DNA of 64,000 nucleotides from Rebecca billardiae RCC1528 (Eukaryota > Protista > Haptophyta), in the NCBI GenBank assembly GCA_965240325.2, contig OZ251235.1, positions 1,054,001 through 1,118,000 of the forward strand. Reading direction: 5' to 3'. The notes beneath the pieces were generated by a model, which was not told where the DNA came from, did no database searches, and saw only the letters and a list, made by a program, of their open reading frames with translations. Every line of letters starts with the position of its first letter. Position 1 is the first letter of the stretch. The position numbers and the translations under genes are program-made. Below are positions 32,159 through 43,579 of the stretch, piece after piece.

Positions 32159-35100
32159 ATGTCCGCTCGTGGCGGCGGCAACGTGTCGATGGAACGGGGC
32201 TTCGGGCAGCGCGGGCGCACCGGGCGCGGCAATCCATCTCGCGGACGCGGTGATTACGGACGAGGCCGAGGCCGAGGCGGAGGACCCCCGCCCGCCCCAC
32301 GCCAACCCCCGCACCAGGCGCGCACGTTCGACCCAGATCGTGCGATGCTGGAGGGCGCGGTCAAGAACGGCCGCCCCTTCAGCAGGTCTGGCGACGGGCG
32401 TCGTTTCTTGCGTGCGGCCGCGCACTTCGATGATGGTCTCGAGCTCCTCAACCTCCTCACCGCGCCCCAGTGGTATGGCTCCAAGCAGCTGCGGCTCGCG
32501 CTCTGCTCGGAGAGCGCGATCGAATTCCTCGAGCGCTCGGTGCTGCCCTTCCTCGCGTTCCTGGGCTCAGACGAGATGAACATGGGCATGTGCCGGGGAG
32601 CGACGTCGGAGGTGGTTGACGTCGTGTACACGTCGCCGGGCCTCATGGGCGCGCTGCGCGATGCCTTGGCGGGTGGCTTCATCGCTGCGACAAGCATGCA
32701 GACGATGGCGTGGCTCGCGTTGCACCTGGCCACACGCCTCCCGGAGGCGCGAGCCGACGCGGTCGTGCGGGCGATTGCGGACGAGCTCTCGCGGCGCGAC
32801 GTTGCTGGGAGTCGCCGCCTACAAGTCGTCCTGCGTAGCGGTTCGGGCGCCACCTCGGAGGGCCGCGACCTCGCCTCGATGTCGCTCGACGCCATGCGCG
32901 ACGTGCCGGGCGGGAGGCACCCCAACGACTTTGCAGACTTCCGCGACATCAAGCTGCTGCCCATCGCGGACGAGGTGACGTGCGAGCGTGACGCGTATCT
33001 GCCGCCACGATGGGAAGAGCAATCAGCCGCACACGCTGCCATGCCTTCCCCCGTGGCGTCGAGCAGTGCGCCAAGCGGCGGCACAACAAACGATGATGAT
33101 GGCAGCGGAGGAGACGAGCTCGCACGCGTGGAGCGCGAGGCTGCGATGCTCGACCGCCAGTTTCGCTTGCTGCGCGAAGATATGGTGGCCACGATGCGCG
33201 TCGAGTGGCGGCTGCTCAACCAATCGCCGCCCCACCGCCAGGCGGCCTTCGGCCCCGCACGCAACCGCAACGCGGTGCGACTCGCGCACAAGAAGACCTT
33301 TGGTGGCATCGCACTCTTCTCCATCGAGTTGTCGCCGAGACCGTGCGTGCGCGTGCGCTTCAAGCTGTCGAGCGGGCACGCAGCGCGCCGTCTCTCCTCG
33401 AAGAAAGAGCGGCTGCATTTCTGGAGCGGCGGCAGCGACAAGCACACGCTCCCGATGGACTCGCTCGTTGCGCTCGTCCGCCCACACCTCCCGCCGATCT
33501 TTGCGCAGGTCGTGTGCCGCGACGAGAGCTGGCTCGCGGATGAGACCACTGGCCCGTCGGTCGGCCTCTCGTTCCAGTGCGACAAGGAGCAGCTCGGCCA
33601 GCTTCTCGCCGACGTGGGCAAGGGGCTTCTGCCCGATGCCGCGCTGGTGCAGGCCGGCGCGCCCGTCTTCCAGTACGTGCCCGTTCTGCGCGCGCTGCAG
33701 CGGATGGACAACATCCAGCTGGGCGAGGAGCTCGTCTTTGGCGAGCCGAGCGCGCCGGCCGCCTACCTCCGCGATGCTGTCGACGTGGAGCGCGAGCTGC
33801 ACTTACTGGGTTCCATCAACCAGAGCCAGCGCGCGGCGATCAAGCTGGCTCTGTCCAAGCGCGTGGCACTCATCCAAGGGCCGCCCGGTACGGGCAAGAC
33901 GTTCCTCGGCGTGCGCATCGCGGAGATCATTCACCGCAACACGCCGGAGCGCATCCTCTGCGTATGCTTCACCAACCACGCGCTGGACTCGTTCTTGCTC
34001 GATCTGCACGCAGCGGGCATCGACAAGATCGCGCGTATCGGCGGCCGGTGCACGAGCGAGCAGCTGGACCAGTTCAGCATCCACCGGCTCGTCCAGGCAC
34101 ACCAAGGCGAGCGGACGCGCGCAGCCCGGCGCAGGCACGGCCAGCTGAAGGGCAGAATGGAGGAGCTCACGGAGCAGGCGAGGGCCTTGTCGAGCCAGCT
34201 CAACAAGTCGACGATCGGGCCCAAATGGTGGCGGACGATCAACACCTTCCTCGGCGACAACTACCCTCACCTCTGCGAGCAGCTCACCGTGCGCGGCGAG
34301 ACCGACGCCGACGGCTTCCGTCTGGTCGGCCCGGACGGCGCCGCCGTCGAGGCAGACTTCTTGTGGAGGCGATGGCTCGCAGGCGCAGACCCTGGACCGC
34401 TGGCCGATCACGTACGCTCGATCGTGTCCGCGCAGCGCGCGGCGCGTGCAGCACAGCAAGAGGAGGCGCAGCGCGAGCGCGAGCGTGAGTTGGACGATGG
34501 CGGCGGTGCGTCTCATGAGGCGATGCGCTCAGCAGACATCGGGGACATGGACCTCGGCCGCATCGACGACCTCTTCGCCCTGCGCCGCGCGGAGCGCAAC
34601 CGCGCGAGGGCAGCGATGCAGTACGAGCTGTTCCAGGCTGAGCGCGAAGAGCTCTCGAAGCTGCTTGAGCGATACGAGGCGTGCCGCTCGGAGCTGATGA
34701 CGGTACGGCAGGCCTCGTGGGCTGAGGTGCTGCGCGGGGTGCGCGTGATTGGCTGCACGACGACAGGCGCTGCAAAGTTCAAGGACGTGCTCGCGGACGT
34801 GACCATTGGCGTGCTGCTAGTAGAAGAGGCCGCCGAGATTCTCGAGGCGCACGTCCTGACGAGCCTGCAGCCCAACACGAAGCACCTGATCATGATCGGC
34901 GACCACAAGCAGCTGCGTCCCAAGTTGGAGTCGTTCGCGCTCACCGTGGCCGGGCGCGGCGGGCATGACTTCAATCGCTCCCTCTTTGAGCGCCTCGTGG
35001 TCGCTGGCAGCACACACGTGACGCTGAACGTGCAGCATCGCATGCGCCCGTCCATCTCGCGGCTGATCAGGCCGACTTACCCGGAGCTCGCCGATCACGA

Positions 35101-38100
35101 GTCGGTGCACAGCCACCCGCCCATGCGCGGCATGCGCACCAGCGTGGTCTTTGTCGATCACGATCAGCCCGAGGGCACGCGCGCTGTGCGCGGTTCGGGT
35201 GGCGACGCGGAGACTGAGGACGCCATGTCCAAGACCAACCAACACGAGGCGCAGCTGGTGAGTGCGATTGTCGTCTATCTCCTGCGGCAGGGGTACGCGC
35301 CGGAGCAGCTCGTCGTGCTCACGCCCTACCTCGGCCAGCTGGCCTTGCTGCGGCGGACGCTCGCGCGGGATCTGACCGTCCTCGTTGACGAGCGCGATGA
35401 GGACGAGCTGGTTGCCCAGGCCGGCGGCGAGGCCGATGGTGCTGCGAACGCTCCTGCAGCGGCGCCTTCTGCCGGGCACACGCGCTCGGCCGCGCCACAG
35501 CCCAGCGTGCGCGTTGCAACGGTTGACAACTACCAGGGCGAGGAGGCAGACGTGGTGATCCACTCCCTCGTCCGCTGCAACGAGAAGGGCACAATCGGCT
35601 TCCTGCGAGAGCCGGAGCGCGTCAACGTGCTGCTGTCGCGCGCGCGGCACGGGCAGATCCTGGTGGGCAGCGCGTCAACGCTACGTGCTGCAAGCGTGCG
35701 CGACGGCACCGGGCTGTGGAAGCGCATTTTGGACGACCTCGAGCAGCATGGCGAGCTGTTCGATGGCGTGCCCATCGCGTGCGCGAAGCACGCGCGCTCG
35801 CCTGCGTGCATGCCAAAGACAGGCTTGGAGCTCAGCACCTGCGCGCCGTGCGGCGGCTGCACTGAGCCATGCGACGTGCTGCTTCCGTGCGGCCACGAGT
35901 GCCCGCTTTCGTGCCACGCGTACGACGAGGCGCACGCCAGCGTCGCATGCTCTGCCCAGGTGGATGCGCGCTGCCTGGCCGGCCACCTCTTCACGCACGC
36001 GTGCTCAGAGCCGAGCGCTGAGTGCCCGACGTGCTCCACGCTGCGCGCCATGGAGCGCGCGGCACGCGAGCGCGAGGCGGCTCAGCGAGCGCTCGAGACG
36101 CAAACCCTTGCCAACCTCGCCATCGAGCGCAAGCAGGCCGAGCTCGCGCTCGATGCGATTCGGAGCGAGCGGGAGAACGAGGCGCGCCTCGCCGAGGCCG
36201 CCCTTGCAGCTCGAGCTGCCGAGTTGGAGGCAGAACGCGCCCAGCTGCAGCGAGAGCTAGACGCCGAGCGAGCGCCCACCGAGCAGCGGCTTGCCCTCGC
36301 AGAGGCGATGCGCCGCAAAGCCGCCGACTTCGAGCGCATGACCATCGAGGCACGAGCCCGCCACCAAGACCTCGAAGCTGCTGCGAGTGAGGCGGAGGCT
36401 GCGGTGGAGGCAATCAACACGCAGCAAGAGCAGCAAGAGCTCCAGGTGAGTGCCAGCGTGCTGTTGGCGACGCGGGGCCACCCGCCCTTAGTTGACTCGA
36501 TACGTGGCGCGCTGGGCCATGCAGTGTTCAACGGCACCGGCGTCGGCGGCGCCTCCGATCTCGGCGCGGCTGTGCGCGGTGTGCTCCAGAGCCACACGGG
36601 GGCTGGCAGAAATGGAGACGAGCTGAAGGCAGCGCTCACAGTGCTCGTCCGCAGTGCGGAGCTCGCGCAGCACATCATCAGCTCTGTGCTCGCACCCAAT
36701 CCAGCAGAGCACTGCTCGAGCTCGTCGCTGCCGCCGGTCATCACGCGCGCGATGGCGCTGATCAAACGCGATGAACACATGCGAGCGATCGCAGCACTCG
36801 GCGCAGGCGCAGACCCAGACCCCGCATGCGCAATGCTCGAGGCCGTATGCAAGCTGCACATCGGCGAGACGGCGAGCGTGAGCGTGCCCTCCGAGCCTCC
36901 CGCCGGCGCGGACACGGCACCAGCGGCGGTGCAGCTGTGGCACCTGGCGAGGGCTCTGCGTGAGCTCGCCCAGCCAGCACCTCCAGCAAGTGCAGAGCTG
37001 ACCGCATTCGGCCACCTGGTCGCCTTCCTCGCGCACCCGCTCGGGTCGACCGAGCTGGCTCCGCTGGCGCTGCCCGCTGAGCGCCGGCTGAAGACGCTGC
37101 TCCGCGCGTTCGGGCTGGTAGCTGCTGGTGCCTCGCCGCAGCCCGCGCTGAGCGCGGCCGATCGCGCAGCGGCCTTTGTGCGGCGTGCCGATGCGAGCGG
37201 CCTCGAGAGCCTGCGCGACGCTGCCAAGCTGATCGGCCTCGCGCCCGTGAAGGAGCACCTGCTGCGCAAGCACGCCCGGGTCAGTCTGGCTCGCGAGCGC
37301 GGTGAGGATCTGACCCAGGCAAATCATCACGCGATCTTCCTGGGCAACCCTGGCACCGGCAAGACCACCGCCGCACGGCTGTATGCGCGGCTGCTTCTCG
37401 AGCTGCGCGTGCTGAGCGGCGCGAGCACAGTGGAAACGAGTGGTGTGAAACTCGTGACAGGCGGAATTTCGAAGCTGAACGAGCACCTCACGACGCTTGA
37501 TGGAGGAGGTGTGCTCTTTGTGGACGAGGCGTACCAACTTGAGCCAGACAAGCACCCTGTTGGCGCGCAGGTGCTCGACACGCTCCTCACGGAGATGGAG
37601 GGGCGCCGCGGCAAGCTTGTCGTGGTCTTTGCCGGCTACGCTGACCGCATGGAGAAGCTGCTCGAGCACAACGAGGGGCTACCCTCGCGTTTTCCTGACA
37701 CGTTCGTCTTTCCCGACTTCGAGGACGATGAGCTCCTTGCCGTGCTGGAGACCCATATCAGCAGCTCCAAGCTTGAGCTCGTCGACCGCAAGCACGCACG
37801 CATCGCTGCGCGTCGGCTTGGCTTGCAGCGAGCCACGCCCGGCTTTGGCAATGCGCGCGCAGTACGCAATCTGTGGGAGCGCACGAAGGAGAAGCAGGCC
37901 GTTGCAAACGATCGCGAGCGCGCTGGTCGCACCGAGCTGATACCCGCCGACTACCGCGTCGTTCGCAGCGACATCCTTGGCCCGCGAGCCGTCGTGTCGT
38001 CCGAGCTGAAGGCGCTCGGGGAGCTCGAGCAGATGGTGGGCCTCGATCGCGTGAAGGAGCGAGTGCGCGCGCTGCTCGCGCTCATCGAGACCAACTCCGA

Positions 38101-40742
38101 GCGCGAGGAGGCGGAGAAGCCGATACAGCAGATTACGCTCAACGCGGTATTCCTGGGCAATCCCGGCACGGGCAAGACAACGGTGGCCAAGCTCTACGGC
38201 CAGATTCTCGCGGTGCGTGCGTGCGCATGCGTGCGCGCGTGCGTGCGTGCCCTCTTCTGACACATTGACCGCCGATTACCGCCCCTGGCTGGCCTGACTG
38301 ATGTGCTCACGCGCGCGCGCGCATCAGCACCTTGGCTTGCTTTCGAAAGGCGATGTCGTGAACAAGTCTCCGGCGGACTTTATCGGCGCGTTCACTGGGC
38401 ACTCGGAGAAAAACACGCTGAGCATCCTCGAGAATGCGCGCGGATGCGTTCTCGTGATCGACGAGGCGTACGGGCTGCATGCTGCCGGCAGCTCTGCGTC
38501 TGGTGGGAGGACGAGAGGCGCAAACTCATTTCAGTCCGCCGTGATCGACACGATCGTGGCAACGGTTCAGGGGGTGCCCGGTGATGACCGATGCGTGCTA
38601 CTCCTGGGCTACCGAGAGCCAATGGAGCGGATGCTCAAAGAGGCCAACCCGGGACTGGCGCGCCGCTTCCAGCTCTCGAGCGCGTTCGAGTTTGACGACT
38701 ACTCAGATGACCAGCTCGCGCGCATCCTGCGCGACAAGGCGGCTGCAATGGGATGGGAGCTGACGTGGGCAGCAGTCGAGGCGGCAGTGGCCGAGCTGGG
38801 CAAGGAGCGCATGAAGCCCAACTTTGGCAATGCCGGCGCCGTCGTGAACCTGCTCACAGCCGCAATCCAGCGATTCGAGCGCCGGCATGCCCGGTGCACG
38901 CCATCGGAGCGTGCCACGATGACACGGCTTGACGTGGCCGACCTCGTAGACGCCGGCGATTCTGCAGCGGGGACGGCGGCGATGGATGAGCTGTTCGCGG
39001 ATTTGGTTGGCTGCTCCGGCGTGCTGCGCAAGCTCCGCGAGATCCGCGACACGATTGCTCTTGCACAGCAGCTCGGGCGCGACCCAATGGACGACGTGGA
39101 GACGGCCTTCGTCTTCACCGGCGCACCTGGCACTGGCAAGACGACCGTTGCGCGCCGGATGGGTGACCTGTACCACGGCATGGGTCTGCTCGCGTCGAGC
39201 GAGATGAAGCAGCACTCCGCGAGCGACTTTGGGACGGGGTACGTCGGCCAGGCCGCTGGAAAGACGCGCAAGCTGTTCGAGGAGGCGCTCGGTGGCGTTC
39301 TCTTTATCGACGAGGCATACCGGCTGCACCCGCAGCACTCTTCTGGGGGCGGCTTCATGCAGGAGGTAGTGGACGAGATCGTCACGATGCTGACCGAGCC
39401 GCAGTTCAAGGGCAAGCTGGTTCTGGTCTTGGCGGGCTATGCGGCAGAAATGGACCAGATGCTCAATGCGAACGCCGGCCTCAGGTCGCGCGTCCCGGGG
39501 CGCATCCACTTTGATGACTTCGGCGCGGATGATGCGCGCTCAATCCTGCTTGCGCGCCTTGCCGTGAAGGGCGTGCAGCTCCTGCCAGCTGCCGACGCAG
39601 CGCTCGCGGAGCAGCTCGGCCGGCTGATCGCTGCCCCCGGCTCGGCTAACGCCCGTGACGTCGACACGCTTGCGAGCGTCATCTACCGGCTCGTGGCGAC
39701 AGCTGCGCCTGCTGAGGGTCGCGCGCGCGATGGCCGCGGACGCGGTGTGCCTGTTCATGTCGGCGTGCAGCTGCTCATCGAAGCAGTGGACAAGATGATT
39801 GGCACCAAGGGGCGCATTGCAAACTCCGAGGTGCCATCTCCGGCGCACGCGCCTGGCTTCCAGCGCATGCCCGAGCCAGTTGCCCCACCACCGCCACCAG
39901 CGGATGCCTACACGACGGCGAACTCTACGGAGCAGGTACGCGCCATGCGTGACTGTTGCATCGCAAAGGCGGAAGATGATGCGCGCGGCGCGTGACGAGC
40001 AGCTGGCCAATCGACCCTGCGAGCATTTGACTCCATTGTCCATGTGCTGTGCTCCCTGTGCAACGCGCCTCACTCCTCCCCGCCCAGCTGCAGGCGCCGT
40101 CTTCTCACCTCGATCTCGATGACGACGAGCAAACAACGAGACTCGAGGCAGGCGGAGTAGCGGACGAGGTACGTGTACGCTGACCGCCAACGCGCAATGC
40201 CCTGTCCGCACACGCGTTGGACCTCGATCGCGCACACTCACCCCACACTGCACCGTGCGCACGCGCAGGGCCCTGCCCCAACGAAGGGCATGCTGGTGGG
40301 CACAGATCACGATGAGATCTCCGTTGCGCTCCAGATTGCTATTGTGCACCTCGGGTACGACCGCGACCACGACCGCCGCCTCGAGCTGTGCACAATCCTC
40401 ACGCGCGTGCAGGGTGGAGCGCAGTTTCCAGGGAACATCGTCGATCACGTCCAGCGCGGCACTGGAGGAACGAGCGAGCGCATCGATGAGGTGCTGCGGC
40501 TTCAGGTACCCGCCGTCCTCGCAAGCTGCACTGCGGCCATACAGCACGAAGAGCAACTGCGTGCCGAACTTGCTGCCGCGGAAGAGGCAGAAAGGCAGCT
40601 GCGACTGGCTGAGGAGTCGCGGCTGCAGGCAAGACTCAAGAGCTCGGGGCGGTGCCCAGCAGGCTTCGCGTGGCACCAGGAAGGGAGCGGCTGGCGATGC
40701 AATGGCGGGTCACATTTCGTATCGGATCTTTCGTCACTTTGA
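32159..40742 (+). CDS. ZNFX1/UPF1-like SF1 RNA helicase + NF-X1-type Cys region + coiled coil + three CbbX/SpoVK-type AAA+ modules + C-terminal Cys/His knuckle; exons 32159-38212, 38328-39935, 40094-40168, 40269-40742
   Basis: GGRHPNDFADFRDI, LDRQFRLLRED, QGPPGTGKT, VEEAAE, IGDHKQLRP, SLFERL, QHRM, TVDNYQGEE, RVNVLLSRA, LPCGHECPLSCH. Walker A GNPGTGKT (x2) and GAPGTGKT, each with DEAY. Terminal CPAGFAW...GWRCNGGSH. Three GT-AG introns join the ORFs. Confidence 0.88.
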
Positions 40743-41088
40743 ACGAAGCTGACACTATACTACGAACTACTAAGTAGAACAACTTGAAGCAGGCGAACCA
40801 ACGACTGCTACTCATTCGCTACATGACTACTCATTCATCTCGTCTCGCCTGAGTGACGTATATGCTGTAATCGCGATGTATCATCTCAGTCTAATATTAT
40901 ACTATACAGTTGGCGGCTCGAAATGAAGTCTGCTGCAAGGGCTTCGTCAGTAACTTGTACTTGTAGTACTAGCTAGTAGCTACGGCTGAAGCGTCAATGT
41001 TGCCCGTCGGACGTCAGCAGCTCTTTATTTTGGGATCGAACATTAATCATGGCGGACGCGGAAAGAAAAGGGACGCACGTAGCATATT

Positions 41089-41340
41089 ATTTGACGACGT
41101 GGTATCATGCAACGGGCAGGCGTCAGGCTGAGTGCAGCAGACACGTAGAATGCGTCCTCGCCTTCCGACCAGGTCAGGCAGTCGCGCGCCACCCGCAGCC
41201 CTGCCCTCCTTCGGCCGAGTACGGGAGCGGGGCTGGGAGGAAGCACCGCCTCAGCCTGGGGCTGGGAGCGGGGCACGCGGCGGCGACGGCAAATGCCGCC
41301 GCGGCCGAGCGCCTTTCCGGAGCACCTGGATGAGGTGAGG
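41089..41340 (+). mobile_element. Diverged copy of the 27385-27610 element
   Basis: Collinear match tgacgacgtgg...gacacgtagaatgcgtcc...ggagcacctggatgaggtgagg. Confidence 0.75.
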
Positions 41341-42089
41341 ATCTGATATATGAGTTATTCCGGATTTTCGAACGACGACAGGGCTTCCCTTGAGACTGGT
41401 AACTCAGGTAAGGCGAGACTTCGATCGCGACTGAGCGTAGTCCGTATTCTATGCACCCCTTTTCCCGCGCAACCAGTATGCACATGCGCATACATCCCAG
41501 ACAAGATTGACCTGGTGCCTGCGTACACTACGAGTACAAATTACAAGCGCGCGGTCCTTGTTTCTTGTTCGCCGCATCATGATGATCAGCAATATGTGAA
41601 TAAGAAATGCAGCAACGCATGCCCTTTGCTGCTGCTGTGCTCATGCTAAATGCCGCCAATTGCGCCTCAGTGCTGCAACCTCGTGCCCGCTTGGGGCGAG
41701 AGTCAGCTGAGCTCTGCGCTCAGACTCAGAGTGAGAGTCCTGCTGCTCCGGATTCTGGCTGGAACCTGGATTTGCCCAGCGCCCTTGCGTCTCCAGTAGC
41801 TTAAACATATTGCAGACGAACCCTTGTGAGCTCCGCCCTAGACGACCCACCAAACCAACTGTGCAACAATGTAGCTACTGATGTAGTCATCATCATCATC
41901 GATATCAATCCGGGTCTCGTCTCGACTCCTCTGATGACTCCTCGTCGACTCCTCGTCGACTCCTGTGATGACTCCTCTCCCGTGGTCATCTCAACTCTCA
42001 GTGTTAGTCTACTGAAGCCTATACTCCGTCAGTCTCTCGTCTCGATCGACTGCTACTCTTATATTATTTCTACTACTGCGTACTACTAA

Positions 42090-42246
42090 CTAGTCGTCTC
42101 TCTCTCTCTCGTCTCTCTGGCTCTCTCGTCGACTCTCTCTTTGACAATGTACTACGCCATCATCAATCTTTATCTTAGCAGTGTCTCGACTCTCTCTCTC
42201 TGCCGTCTCTCTCGACTCTCGTCTCTCTCTCTCTCTCATCTCTCTA
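42090..42246. repeat. (CT)n-rich low-complexity tract
   Basis: Repeated ctctctct blocks. Confidence 0.8.
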
Positions 42247-42321
42247 GCAGCGAGGTTCTAGCGATGGACTAGCTATGACGCGACTAGAATAAAAGACTCG
42301 GCGACGGCAATGTGACCATGA

Positions 42322-43515
42322 TTATGTGCGCGCGCCGTAAGCGAGGCGGAGGGGGCCCACGCCTGCCCGCTCCTCTTGCAAGGTGCGCACGACGGTGCAG
42401 GCGTGGCCGCCCCAGCCTCGCGTCGTGACGCCTTCCTCCAGGTCGGCTATGGCGAGGTCGATGAACGGCATGGGCGCCCCATGCGCCGCGGCGTGCGCGC
42501 GCGCGATGCGCAGGTCCTTCAGCAGCAGCTCGAGCCGGAAGGCGCACGGGTTTGCCTGAGGGTCCTCGAAGCGGCGCGAGAATCAGTAGTGAGCCAGGCC
42601 GTGCACGTCGCCGGCGCTCCGGCCCAGGGAGCCAGCGCGCAGGCTGGCCCACACGGTTTCCAGCGGGATGCCCATCTTGACGCCCGCCACCACAGCCTCG
42701 CCCACTACGGCCGTGCACGCGGCGTTGGCAGCGTTGTGCAGCAGCTTGCAAGCCGTCGCCGCCCCCGGCGTGGCGCCGCAGTCGAGCACCGTGTCCGCCA
42801 TGGGGGCGACGTGGGGCCAGGCGGCGCGCACGGCAGCAGGATCGCCGGAGAGCATGATGCACAGGGCTTGCCCCGACCGCGCCACCGTGCCCGCAGGCGC
42901 GTCGTTCACCGGCGCGTCCACAAACTGCACGCCCTGAGCGTCGCACCGTCGCGCGAGGGCAGCGACGACTGCCGGCGCGTTGGTGCTCATGTCCACGACG
43001 AGGCTGCCGGCGGCAAGCATGGCGAGCAGACCCGACGGGCGCAGCGGGCGGGCGTCGAGGGCTGCACCGGACTCCCCTGACCCAGCGCCCGCGTCCCCCA
43101 GCTCGCTGTCGTCGCCGCGCCCGAGCATCACATTGGCCACGTCTGCGGGCATCGGAAGGGAGAGGAAGACCACGTGGGCCCCGCGCGCGCACTCGTCGAG
43201 GCTCGCCGCCTCGATGGCGCCCTCTGTGACAGCCGCAGCAACGCGCGCCGGAACGATGTCGAAGACGCGGGGCACGTGGCCCGCGCGGAGGAGCGCGCGC
43301 ACCATGGCCGAGCCAATGTTGCCGAGGCCCACAAAAGCGATCACAGGCGCGGGCGGTTCGTCGGCGGCCGGCGGCGGTTGCGCGCGGCGGAGCGTGGAGA
43401 TGCGCTCATCGATTAGGCCGCGTGCACGGTGGAGCACCTCCGCGTCGATGTTGGCGGATTCGTCGAGCAAGCGCGCGAGCGTCCCCAGCAGGTCGCTTCC
43501 GGCGTCGGGCGCCAT
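42322..43515 (-). pseudogene. Beta-hydroxyacid dehydrogenase (3-HIBADH / 2-hydroxy-3-oxopropionate reductase family) with an in-frame TGA at 42583-42585
   Basis: FVGLGNIG, FLSLP, DMST, FVDAPV, catalytic KLLHN. After HGLAHY-TGA the same frame continues 86 codons (FSRRF...FRLELLLKDLRIA...RGWG...LQEERAGV) to TAA at 42322-42324. Confidence 0.75.
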
Positions 43516-43579
43516 CGTCATTCTACCGGGTAACAAGCTGCGCCGTTTCGGCGCGGCGGCGTTCGCGCAGGGAGACAGG

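Noticed and set aside
31981-32161. GCATCCCGATG at both divergent start codons
   Set aside because: An 11-bp match with no further support; likely coincidence.
36400-40000. CbbX-like modules as Rubisco activase
   Set aside because: They are fused in tandem to an RNA helicase and there is no plastid-targeting leader, so this is family similarity only.
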